From: Antedon mediterranea
Taxonomy: Eukaryota; Animalia; Echinodermata
Direction: 5' to 3'
Length of the DNA: 64,000 nucleotides
NCBI RefSeq assembly: GCF_964355755.1
Contig: NC_092677.1
Span: 24,539,175 to 24,603,174, forward strand
The notes beneath the pieces are model-generated. The model saw only the letters and a list, made by a program, of their open reading frames with translations. It had not been told where the DNA came from and made no database searches. A program made the translations under genes and the position numbers. Shown piece after piece: positions 51,301 to 64,000 of this stretch (positions are counted from its first letter, which is position 1; each line of letters begins with the position of its first letter).

Positions 51301-53619
51301 AACAAAAACATTAACAAATTAGGGAAATATGTGTCTTTAAACTACAATACAGATGACAACATGATAATGGAGGTCATGATGAAATTATACAGTTATTCTT
51401 ATCCAACGATTGAAATTAATTTGAAATCAGTAAAAATGCAATAAAAAATTAGGTGCTAGTTAGTTTAATTTTGACCTTGTAACAAAACTAAACTTTTGAA
51501 TTATTATCAACTTTTCTACAATTTCTAAAAATAGATCAATACAATTTGATAATAATGCATAACAATGGCCGTGTTCCAGCAGCCTGTTTAATAGAAACAT
51601 ATGCACTTAAATCAGAGTTATTTAAAAATAATAGATCTGAGCCGATTGGTCGAACCTTCAAAATGGAAAAGATGCACTAATATGATATTTTGTTGACGTT
51701 TAGTTTTGGTGATTTAACATCATCACTACAGTAATTATGTTTAAAAAGGAAACCATTCTATTTTATTATTGTGCTGTGTGTATCTTAAATTAAACAGTCG
51801 CGTGCTCAAGTTTACCGACCAGCCGACCGGCCGACCGACATAGTTGTGGGTGGAGCCCATTGCGAAACGGTGGTGTGTATTACATTATTTGAATGAAGTT
51901 ATTTAGATTATGAATGCGGTCTAATGACACGGTTTGTTACGAGAGGTGGTGGTTGTTTCAAAGAGGAGGTCACTTACAAGAGGTGATCGTTTTTACTTAC
52001 GAGAACCATGTTGCCCTCAATTGTGCAAACAATCACATTTGTGCAAATATGGCACCGTCGAATGTGCTTTTCGGGATTACTTTTTCAAACCAAATAGGAA
52101 GTGAGGGGTGGGGGTGTAGGTGCGGGTTGGAGGGCTTCATTCAATGTTATGCCTTCAAACGTTAACAGTGCAGTCTAGATTTGGTAATGTGTTAACAGTT
52201 TTAGTATGTCAAAAGCCTACACAAAAATTAGAATCTATCAAAATGCTTAAATTACAAGCAAATTAACAATTAATGTGTTTAACTGAGAGAAAAATATAAG
52301 TTTTCAGCTGTAATTAAAATTCAGAATTTTGTTGTTGAAAATTAAAGAATACTTTTCCTTTCAGTTCAATATTACTAGGCCTACTGTACAAAGTGTTCTG
52401 TTAACATTGGTTATTTAATTGTGTGTAAACTGAATGCAACGATTGTTGCTTATTGAGTTGTATTTCTATTTTTATTTATATGTTTTACATTTATATGTTT
52501 TACTTTTTTATGTATTTTATTTCTTCCGACTAAAACAGATTGCACAAATCCCACAACCACTCCTTCTTCCTAGAATATAAATTAAATACACAACTCAAAA
52601 GGATAATTATGAAAATAAGGTCTAACTTTTTCTTGTTATCATTCACAACAGAGACAAGCTATTTTTCTATTACATTACCTATCCTGTCGATAGGGTATAG
52701 GCCCAATGGTGAAAATGATGTGATATAGGAAAAACATTTGGGAGAAAATAATCATACATATTTCCAGTAGTTAGTCTGCGGTGTTCCACGTTCAATGTTT
52801 CAATGGCAAAAATTGTAGTAGACTAAATAAGATGAAGGCAAATTGCTTTTGTTTTACAAAGTATAGGCCTGTATAATTATAAGGCTGGATGGAAGGTATT
52901 TAAAAAATGTAACAATCCGTAGTGCGTGTCGACGTATTATTATCAATAGAAAGACACTATTATAAGCTTTTTATTAAAATTCATTGAAGCAATAAGTGGT
53001 ATGTTGACCTAAGTTATGAGCTATTAGATATTTACTCTACTTGTACTGCATAACTGTACTGCCAAGTGCATAGAAAAATTGGGAGGTAAGCTTAGTACAT
53101 ACATTGATGAAGGTCAGACAATCTATAACAACAAAATGCTATAGATTTCTGGTCAAATGTTACCGTTGAGGTTCAAGTAACTGGAATAAATATTATTGTT
53201 ATTAGTTAGTTGTTTAATTAAAGGCACATTAATACACGAGGTTAGTATGATGAGTCGTTAAATGGTTAACTTAGACGTTAGACCTACTGTTTGAGTATTA
53301 CGCAATCGTATACATTAGGGTTTGAGTATGGGGATAGCTAAAAAAACAACAACAAAACTAAGACGGGGCTGTACAATAATTTATTTGATGATCTGGATTT
53401 TGCTATTGCGGCGTAATAATGGCATTTATTTCTAATAACTTATTTCGTTATTTTAGAAACATCGACAAATGTATATCCATGGACGAATGTATACAAATCT
53501 GTATTTACACAGCAAACAACGAGTAACGGTTTTGTGCCAGCCAAGTGTTGTGAATACTGTTCAAGCATATTATTGAACAACGCTTTTGCTATTGCGGCCA
53601 GACAGTATTATCAATAAAA

Positions 53620-56600
53620 ATGGCAAACAGCACAGGTAGGAAACAAATTAATATACTACAAGCCTAAAACGAAGTAAATTTACCGACTTCATATTTGCAG
53701 GGCAACAGTAGCTGGACAAGGCTGATTGTATTTTATTGGTCAGATATTTTGCCCTATCTTACGTATTATACTGTGTACTTAGTACATTTACTCATTCTCA
53801 TTTGATTTTTTTTTCAAGTGTTCTCAATGTAATGAATAAACACAGTAGAGTGAAACATCTGACCAGTAGTAGTTCCTTAACTCTTTATCGCAAAACTACT
53901 TACATATCAGTACAGTATTATGTTTATAAATAACGCTTTAGTAAAAACTAATGGTGATGAAGGTAGAATGATGGAGTTATGGTGATTTAATCTATTTTTT
54001 AGATCTCCTTCTTTGTGGTGTAAGCCACCGGTACCACTTTTATTCGTTCGCCATGTATCATAAATACATATTTATAGATGTTCGTTTATATTTCTCTCCA
54101 TATTACCCTCTTTTTTTCATTATTTTCTTCAATTTACTCATACTAGTCATACAGTGGTATATATAAAATGACTATATAAAATGACTATATAAAATGACTC
54201 AAGAACACCAAGAATAAACAGAACCTATTTTTATATATGATAAATATGTATGTATAACCAGCTCGATTAGCATTGTCGATTTTATTTTTTTTATACTTTT
54301 GTTGTGTAACATTACATTGTGTAACACTAAATATATTCAATATTTTACAACTTTTATAATTTACAGCATTATCAAAAGAGGAATGTAGCCTATTGAAAAG
54401 TTCTGTGGCAAACTGGTTTGACCAACGTTGTTCAATCAGTATGATCAAAGTTTTGTACGAAGAGTTGGTGACTAGTAAACAAGACTTACATAAATCTACT
54501 ACAACGTTGGAATTGATCAACTTGGTAAATACTTATAACGGATTTAGTCAAAATGATCCAAGTCTTTTACTTGCGACAATAAATGTTACTGGGCAACACG
54601 GCATATGGAACAAAATAGAAAAATTAAAATTACCTGAGCTATGTCAAACAAGAACAGTATCAATGTTCAGTGAATTTAGACAGAAGGTAATGAGGCTCGG
54701 ATTAAAAATGACGGATATAGACGTAAAAAGGATAAGTCATTTGTATGAAGAAACAAAGTTTGGAAAGTATGAGGATAGCTGGAGTTTGATTATTGATCTT
54801 GAACGTTACGCCCACTTATCTAATGAAAACATGACGAGTTTCATTAGAACGTTAAGCGAGAATAGTCTCGGTCATTTAATATACACTATAGATGGCGGTA
54901 TGTATTATACACATAATGAATTTATTTGTCTAATGGTACAAATAAGTGGCATGAGGTGAATGATGAAAGTTTATATATCTACGAGGCGATAGCCCAGTTG
55001 ATATATAACCTTTCATCATTCACCAAATGCCATAATTTGTTTTATATAACATCTAAAAATTCCTGTCATTTGAATCAAATAAAAAGTAGGCATTAGCCAA
55101 GGCCTACATTTGATTCACATTGATTAAAACAGTAACATTTGGTTTTTAATAATTATATTAAATATTATTATTTATATAGATTTATAAATGCACCTACTGT
55201 TAGTGTTAATTATGTCAACAAACGACCAAACAATCCTAGACCTAGCCTAATACTAACAGGCCTTAGGCCTAGACTAAAAGACAGCAATAGGCCTACAAAA
55301 CTTCGACAGGCAACTGGAACTCATTTAGGCAAATCATGTTTATCCAACGAGTTCACAGAGATGTTCACATTATTTAGTCAAAATCCTAAAAACGAAGTTA
55401 ATTTAAATGCCTTTTTGATCTAAATTAGTACATAATATATCTCTTCAAAAATGTACTTCCATCGTGAAACCAGTCATAACAATAACATTTGCAAAGAAAG
55501 CACAAAATAGGTGGCGCTGTTGTATTTCAAAAGCAATAGTATAAAAAAAAAATTTCCAAACGCAAACAGATTTTTCTTTTCGTACACGATAAAAAGTATC
55601 GTTTAATAGTGCAATATGGCTATTGCACGCCATGTCACCCACAATCGTCCAATCAAATGGCAGCAATTTATTTAGGTGTTATATAACTTTTATCCTGATA
55701 TTGTTTATTTATACTATAAAATTTACTTTACTAACCAGTATATCTAATTTCAAACAGTAGTACACAATAGTCAAATTCAATATTTGTTTAGTGGCAAGCC
55801 ACTATTATTCACATGTGCACAAAATACTGTTCTACTAACACATAGAACGTAGTTTGAAGTAAACGACAGATAATTAATTTGAGCGTATTATCTAGTTTCA
55901 GTAATGACTCTAGGCTGTCGCGATTTCCACATTTTAACCCTATATACAGAACATGTTATATCTGAGGTTTATTTTGTATTTGAATGTAATATTATAACAT
56001 AGGCCTGAATCTTAAAACAGTTTATTAGTGCAATAGCAAATACAAATGTTAGCAATGCCAACAATTCAGTATACAAATACAAATGGTATTGTACTAACTC
56101 ATTGAAAATAAGCAATAATAAATAAACATTGTATACCATTTACATCCGGGTTTGATTACATTCAGTAATCCTCGAATAGGCCTGTTCTGTATAGTTTATT
56201 CAATTTCTTTTAAATATTCTCTATTATTAAGGTTATTAAGATCAATTAATGTAATTACATTTGGAGCTTTCGATTTGCGACGACCAACGACCGATGACCA
56301 ACCTAGATCAGGTTAATCGATGAGTCATCGGTCATCGCCTGGACCATGGAGAAAATAAGTATAATTTTATCCATGCCTGGCCCGAGTAACCATCAAACCT
56401 GTGTCGCGGTGGGGGCGAGGACACACACGTCCAATTTCTTCGCATGCGAATAATTCAACAATTCTTTATCGTGGCAAATCGAACGTCTCCCCTAATATTT
56501 CTTTACTTTGCTATATGATACAGTTGAACAGCAAAACGTAGGCATTGAATTACCAAGAACAGCAAAAACAAAAAGAGGTATGTAAACCAGTTTAGAAAAA

Positions 56601-59600
56601 TCCTTTTTTTTTAACCTGATCAAACAACCTTTGATATTATCGATTGCATTGTGGATTTAAAGGTGGCATGGAGAATAGGGTTGTAGATGTTCAAATTAAT
56701 CGAACACTTTTAAAAGCACAATGTGTTCGTTACAAGCATCTAGTCATCAATTTCAGGATGAGAAACAAGCCCATGTCTTCTAGACTTAAAGTCTAATTTA
56801 AGCAAAGGTAGTGGCACTTCATTGGCTGGCACACGGAACTGTGACAGCTCAGCCGTGATTTGAAGTATATCAAACACCAAGGCAGAAAATGTCAGAAACT
56901 TACAGTACATTTTTGACTCTTGTTTCTTTTTCCTACAGTTCATTCCCAATTATAGTCAGTTTAATTTTTGTTTAAGTAAGATTTGTATGCATTTTAATTT
57001 AGGAGAAAATATCTCCACTGTGTCAAATCGTTGTCCGGGACGAACATGCCCAAAATCGGGGTCAAAGGTTAAACATGCGTGGTTCTCCTTTTCTGTTGGT
57101 GTCAGAATATACATTTTATATTCCGGTCTTTAACACAACGCATTTCTCTATCAGTACGTGTCCCTGGACAAGTCCAGTTAAGCTTGATGACAAATATAAA
57201 TACCTTTAAATCAGATTCAAGATATTAACACATTTAAGGCGAATCTTTAAAAATTGGCGCTTGACGTCTGAATTTGTTAGTGGATCCAAGTTGCATCTGA
57301 AATGTTCTTCTATCCTTGCTTGGATTTAATATTACTGTAGGCCTACTTCTATTAAAATTCAATCTTAATTATTTAGTATCTGATGTATAAAGGTTCTTGG
57401 TTGCAAATTCACAAAGAATGAAATATACAAAGTGATGACCGAACCCAATACTCCCATTCATGCTGGTCATGTTGTTTTGGATTTGTTCTTGTGTAGATTG
57501 TTATTTTAAATACAGACCACAATGTTTTGTGATTAATAAACAACACCTTTGTACAGTACTTCTCAGCCTACAGTACAAAAACACTTTTAATTCTTAAAAT
57601 AATGCCATCCCATCCATAACAAGAAATATTTCTTACAAAAAACGCTGCTCGCTTATTGAAAAATATTTTTTATTTCAAATGTTTTTTAATGTGTCATTTT
57701 ATTGTCACATAATAGTTATTTTACCTGAAAAAAATGTAATTTATTAAAGTAACAAATACTTAAATTGTCTGTCAGACAATGGTTTTTGGGTTTCTTTTCT
57801 TTTTTTATATGTGAATAAATATTATATTTTTGTTACAGAAGTGAATACTCAATTTCTGTCACTTTAGTTAATTTTATTGCTAAGGTCAAATCTGGGGGTC
57901 ACTTCATCACCCTAGATATTTCAATTGTGAAGTATCCTATTACAAACACAAACTTTAATGGACTGTTTCGATAATAATTCAATGAATATCTGACAGTGAA
58001 TATACCAGAAATGCTTAGGGATTTGTAATTTTAGCATGACATGTCCTAATAGACTCTTTCCCAGACGTTTTTTGGGTCTACTGTGAATCAATAAATCATA
58101 GTGGAGTTTCCATTTTCACAAAACTGTCTGTCCTTAGAACTATAACTGCTGCTTGCTTTAGCTTCTGATTGAGTAGTCCTAATGGGACGTAGCGGGCTAG
58201 AGCAGCAGCGTGAAAAATGTCCCATCCGTAACATTAAATAAATTGTTTTTTTTAAATAAAAAATACAAGTTTAAAAAAACTATTGCAATTTAATATCCTT
58301 AGGTAATTTCCCGATCGATCGTAATCAAAACGGTACTGGGTATGGTCTACTAGCGTTCTTGATCCCAACTCGTCATCCATTCATAGAAGCCTTGATGAAG
58401 AAAGCCTACCTGGTGGTAACCATAGAACGGTCCCGAGATAACGACTATACTTCGGCTTTAGTCGATAGAAGATTGAAAAAATTGTTAGAGATAGAGTATA
58501 CAATGCTTGATTATAATGTTATGTATATGTGTGATTTGCTTTTTAATCAAATGAAGTTATCGTAGATTGTGTCGTAAGGTGGTGCGGTAATTTCCCGATT
58601 GATCGTAATCAAAACGTTACTGGGTATGGTCTACTAGTTTTTCTGTTTCCAACCAGTACATCCATTCATAGAAGCTTTGATGAAATAAGCCTACCTGGTG
58701 GTGGCCATAGAACGGTCCCGAGATAGCGACTATACTTTGGCTTTAGCCGATAGAAGATTGAAAAAATTGTTAGAGATAGAGCATACGATGTTATGATTAT
58801 GTGTAGATATGTGATTTGTTCTTTTTATTCAAATGATGTTATGTATTTAATAAATTTGTTATATCAATATTAATTCAATTGTCGTAGATTGCATATTATG
58901 CGATAAATATTATTTAATAAATGTTTGATATATTATTATTATTATTATATTAATAAAAAGATATATGTTAGTATAAATTTAAAAATATAGATATAAGGAA
59001 GAAAAGCAAAGAGATTATGGAGCGGCTGCATTCAAAATCTACACTTTTGCACTAACAAACTTTTCCTATTTCTACATCCTAAACTGCTTTTTTATTTTTC
59101 TACCATCATACCTTCTATATTTTCATCCTTTATCTATTATACGATATAAACAGCATTACACGCGTACATCGTAACGCGAGCATTTCATTCTATACGCATA
59201 CGCACTTTTATCGAACATAATTTAAACCAAACCAAATCATACATACAACGATAAGACATCAACCGATTCAGTTCAAAACCAGTTTAAGGTAAACATTTTA
59301 AATTTAAATTAATTTATGTTTCTATCCACTCTACCATTTTCATATAAAGATATTGTGGAACCACGTCAGGTCAAGTTCAATATTGAATATCGAAACGTGG
59401 CAGGCTGAAGGCGCTTGACCTTTGACAAGATCGCCTAAATTTTTAATATTTTAACTTTACAATACTTAGTGTTGTATATTCTGGTACAGCCGCTCCATAA
59501 TCTCTTTGCTTTTCTTCCTTATATCTATATTTTTTAATTTATACTAACAAATATCTTTTTTATTAATATAATAATAATAATATATCAACAATTTATTAAA

Positions 59601-62600
59601 TAATATTCATCGCATAATATGCAATCTATGATAATTTAATTAATTGATATAACAAATTTATTAAATACATAACATCATTGGAATAAAAAGAACAAATCAC
59701 ATATCTACACATAATCATAACATCGTATACTCTATCTCTAACAATTTATTCAATCTTCTATCGACTAAAGCCGAAGTATAGTCGTTATCTCGGGACCGTT
59801 CTATGGCCACCACCAGGTAGGCTTACTTCATTAAGGCTTCTATGAATGGATGTACTGGTTGGGAGCAGGAACGCTAGTAGACCAAACCCAGTACCGTTTT
59901 GATTACGATCAATCGGGAAATTACCTCATGACAATAGGGACATAGATCTTGCAAAAAATGTTTAAAACATTCATGGTTTGTGAAATAATTAGGATTTAAA
60001 TCATATGTCCCATCCGTAACAAAAATGTCCCGTCCATAACAATATATTTTTGAAATATGATATCTTCATCAAAATATAACATTTTCAAAAAATATGTTCA
60101 TAATATAATGAGATATAGTCCTCAGGAGGAGAAAATGAAATATCAAGATTTTTGCATCATTACTTTTAAAATAAATGTAAAAAAACCGCCTAAACATTTA
60201 TGAATTTGAAATGCATGTATGAAATAAAATAAACAAGAACATTTTAATTAAATACTTGATTACGTATTATTGAGACATAAAGTAACTATATCTGTTGAAA
60301 AAACAGTAATAAGATGCATAGTTTATGAAATAAATAGGATTAAAAATGTCCCGTCCGTAACGTTAAATATGGTTGTTTCATATTTAGGCCTAAAATTCAA
60401 TAACTTAAAAAATAAATATCAGAAAAATAAAAAAAAATGTTATTTAATAAACTTCAACATGTCTACTTTGAGAAATGGCCAAGAGTTTCACCAAAATCAG
60501 TAAATGAAATTTTTAAACCCACGGACCAAATACTGTGGAATGCCTCTATATGTATAAGTAGTCCACAAGTTGATAAAGACAAAATTCCAGACTTTGAATT
60601 ACAGTACCAGCAAAAGCAAAAACAGGAAGGTAAACCAATTTGGAAACATCTGATTATGTTTGTAATCTAAATTGATATTATCGATTGCAGTGTGGATTTA
60701 GTGTCAGTGTAGAAAATAAAGGAATATAAACGAGACGTTGGTAAACAATAAACAAATTTGTCTTCAAAGCGTTAGGCCTATATAGATACCGGGGGTGATT
60801 TGCACAACTTGATTGCGTACTACGAATTGGTTCCAAAAATAAATAGGATTTAGTATTTTATCTGGAGAAAGAACTTGAATTAAACACGCAGATGCGATTG
60901 GAAAAAATTGCCAATCTGTATAGGTGCAAAAAAGGATATTGCTGGGTACGTTAAAACCAATGATAATAGTATTCCCACATTTAGTTAACGTTCCAAATTC
61001 AAGATATCGAACGTGATTTAAGAATGCATTATTTTCCATATGCTGCTTATTGTAGAATGAATGAAAACAGATATTTAAAGGTTTTGTTTTTATTTTGCAA
61101 ATGAAGAAACTGATGATGAAAACAAACAATTACCTAGTATATTGCCAAGTTAGTTGTATATTGTATTTAGATTTGTTTAAAAAAACTAATATTATTAAAA
61201 ACAAGGCCAACAGCCATTAAGTCGCGTGCTACAATGCATAATGATACCGGACCGACATAGTGAACTATAGTCGCGTCCACGCGACTAAAAAGGCATAATT
61301 TTGACGAATTTTTTAACTTTTTCATCAAAAACGTGCGTAAATTATCCAATTCGACGTGCTCGTATGACGTAATTTTAAGTCGAAATTGTTTAAAAGATGG
61401 TAAATTATTAGAAAAGGCTGCAAAAACATAAATCACGCGAAAAAAGTATGTATTTAACGCTACGTGCGCACCACGCGCGTAAAAATTTGCGCGCGTATGG
61501 GAATTTTTGACATGCTCAAAATGACAAGAAACGCGTAGAAAGTTGATTAAAAAGGAATTTTGCGCATTTTAAAATGTTAAATGCGCGTTCTCGCGTAACT
61601 TTGTGGCTTCGTTTACAATTTTGTAAACGCTTAAAATTGCCTGAAACGTACTCTTATTTCATCGAAAATAAATTTCGAAAATTTTAAGCGCGCGTACGCA
61701 TGCGTTACATGTGCTACGCACGTAATTGTATTGCCATATGATGATTTATGCCCTGAAATTTATGAATACCAAATTTTATTTAATTGTGATTCATGGTTGT
61801 GAAGATATGATTACAAACGTGATTTGGTTAAATCGTGCGTAGACCGCGTAATTTTTTATTGCGCACCGTGAAAACATAACCACATCGATTCCTGGCCATA
61901 AGGAATATACTGTGAAAAATTGACTTAGCTAGATTAAACTGATATCAAGATAAGGTCAGAAAGCGATAAAACGCATAGTGATACCGGACCGACAGACAGA
62001 CCGACAGACCGACATAGTGAACTATAGAGTCGCTTCCACGCGACTAAAAACCATTTATAATAACTTATAAATTACTTGAAAAATCCTGGCACGGTGATGA
62101 ATCACTTCGAACATAAAGTCCCAGTGCCACTGGCAGAAATTGCTATTTTAATTAACTATGTGTATTTTTTTTCAATATTTATGTCTTTTTGTTATGTAGG
62201 CGTTTTTTTCTTAAAATAGTATTGTAAATCTCATATAACAATAACGACATAATATTGTTATTGTCATTTAATACCAAATGTTGATAATGTTGATATCAAC
62301 TAATTTTGATTATAATATCAATTCATATGGTGCAAATACAACAGCTCTTTTAAATGTATTTGTGTTTCTTTATAGCATTGGTTGCTGTTCTCGTCGCTAT
62401 TGTTGGCATCGCACTATATTATTACTATTTTGCCATTAACGTTTCTGACGACCATGAAGGTAACTATATTTATGATTATTTGTTTTAACTACATTTAAAA
62501 AATGGAAAGGAGAAATCTAAATGATGAAAGTTTTTATTATGATAATAATAGAATCACCTGTACCATTACAGCTTTCGAATTGTTGCTTTCATTGCTCACT

Positions 62601-62925
62601 TGACTAGATTTAAATCTATATTGACACATGTTTCTTTAACGTATATATATCATTCTCACATATATAGTTTTTTTTATAAATATTTAGGTCTTTTTGTAGG
62701 CTATGTTTTCTTGAAATAGTAATGTAAATCTCTTATAACATACATCATTTAATACCAAATGTTGATATCAACTAATTTTGATTATAATATCAATTAATAT
62801 GATGCAAATACAACAGCTCTTTTAAATGTATTTGTGTTTCTTTATAGCATTGGTTGTTGTCGTCGCTATTGTTGGCATCGCACTATATTACTATTATCCT
62901 GTCATTACCGTTTCTGATCATCAAG
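53620..62925 (+). CDS. NLR-like gene 3, 5' part. Exons 53620-53635, 54367-54897 (DED-like type B), 56524-56577 (linker), 62376-62459 and 62848-62925 (TM); presumably continues past the window
   Basis: Paralogue of gene 2 with intact splice sites, all phase 1; joining of the TM exons to this gene is inferred. Confidence 0.65.
58301..59926. mobile_element. Foldback-type element: ~450-bp inverted arms (58587-59047 / 59488-59925) plus a partial duplicate of the left arm (58301-58570)
   Basis: GGTAATTTCCCGAT...ATGGAGCGGCTG is reverse-complemented as CAGCCGCTCCAT...ATCGGGAAATTACC. Confidence 0.85.
60562..60945 (+). pseudogene. Decayed linker exon and decayed type-A DED exon
   Basis: Aligns with 13263-13327 and 11470-11759 (GGGGGTGATTT, GATTTAGTATTTTATCTGGAGA, CTGG|GTACGT) but has indels and stops. 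Confidence 0.75.
61200..62050 (+). mobile_element. HINE/DINE-1-like non-autonomous element
   Basis: AACAAGG start, (GACA/GACC)n microsatellite, 3' hairpin AGTCGC-TTCCAC-GCGACT then AAAAA; absent from the duplicate at ~63425. Confidence 0.7.
62376..62459 (+). CDS. TM exon A (ALVAVLVAIVGIALYYYYFAINVSDDHE)
   Basis: TGTTTCTTTATAG acceptor as in the gene 1 TM exon, GAAG|GTAACT donor, 84 bp, phase 1-1. Confidence 0.75.
62848..62925 (+). CDS. TM exon B (ALVVVVAIVGIALYYYYPVITVSDHQ)
   Basis: Tandem duplicate of exon A, 78 bp, phase 1-1, differing only by frame-preserving indels and substitutions. Confidence 0.72.
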
Positions 62926-64000
62926 GTAACTATATTTATGATTATTTGTTGTAACTACATTTAAAAAATGGAAAGGAGAAATCTAGACTCTAAATGATGG
63001 AAGTTTTTATTATGATAATAAATAGAATCAAACAATATTTATATTATATAAGGCGGTATAGTTAGGAGTTAAATTTCTCTAGTTTATCTTCATCTATCCT
63101 GATTTATTCTCGTTTATCCTCGTCGCCAATTGTAATGTTTTATATCTCTCTTCGATATACACTTTATTAACTTTCCATGAAGGAAAATAAACCTTTGTTT
63201 TTTTATGACATCACATCCGCACAGCGCAAAGTTGCATGCGAGTTTACATTATTTTCCATATGCTGCTTATACGCATATATATGCTTGTAGAATGAATGAA
63301 AACAGATATTTAAAGGTTTTGTTTTTATTTTGCAAATGAAGAAACTGATGATGAAAACAAACAATTACCTAGTATATTGCCAAGTTAGTTGTATATTGTA
63401 TTTAGATCTGTTTAAAAAAATATTAATAAAAATAACATTTATAATAACCTATAAATTACTTGAAAAATTCTGGCACGGTGTTGAATCACTTCGAACATCA
63501 AGCCCCAGTGCCACTAGCAGAAATTGCTAATTTTATTTAACTATGTGTATTTTTTTGTTTTTTCAAATATTTATGTCTTTTTGTAGGCTATGTTTTATTA
63601 AAATAGTATTGTAAATCTCATATAACAGTAACGACATAATATTGTTATACATCATTTTAATACCAAATGTTGATATTGTTGATATCCATATGGATCTCCG
63701 ATTAAAAATTTCCTCACACTACACTAAAGCTTAAATAATAGTGGATATTATGATTTATACTTTAACTAAATCAGAGGAAAAAATTCCCGTCAAATTATGT
63801 TTTAAAACATCTACTTAATCAAACCGCTGATAGCGTAGAGGTCGAATTTTGGTCGTATTTTTGGTGAGGCCATTATCGTTACTCAAAGGGTACATGCAAA
63901 AGATTGCCTCCCATTACACAAAAGATGAATATTCATGTCATTTTTGTTCTGATTAGTTAAAAAAAAAACGTCAAAATTATGATTTGCATAACACTAAAAA

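Larger units (their letters stand above)
39560..56830 (+). repeat. Second copy of a segmental tandem duplication (first copy ~16530-30975)
   Basis: Collinear homology of the NACHT-LRR exon, 3' flank, intergenic region and next gene's 5' exons; e.g. ORFs 27772 and 52540 translate identically. Confidence 0.9.

Overview
AT-rich, intron-containing animal genomic DNA (probably a marine invertebrate; echinoderm-like is my inference). Bases 1090-8217 hold a very young BEL/Pao LTR retrotransposon with near-identical ~1 kb LTRs, a GATAC target-site duplication and one in-frame TGA at a Cys-motif position. The rest is a tandem cluster of three + strand NLR-like genes whose exons I reconstructed by hand from splice sites; every coding intron is phase 1. 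The spliced products have an unusual architecture: N-terminal tandem DED-like domain, short linker, single transmembrane helix on its own mini-exon, then FN3 (gene 1) or an extra NACHT (gene 2), then NACHT and ~130-aa LRR super-repeats with a hypervariable loop. This puts the death-fold and NACHT-LRR modules on opposite sides of a membrane, most plausibly a type II 'inside-out' NLR. Gene 1 has a frameshift in the LRR exon. Gene 2 has an in-frame stop and a Rex1-like LINE insertion. Gene 3 has two tandem TM exons and runs off the window. LINE, SINE, MITE and Helentron-like relics fill the introns. Gene models and domain calls are by eye and need RNA-seq and HMM confirmation.
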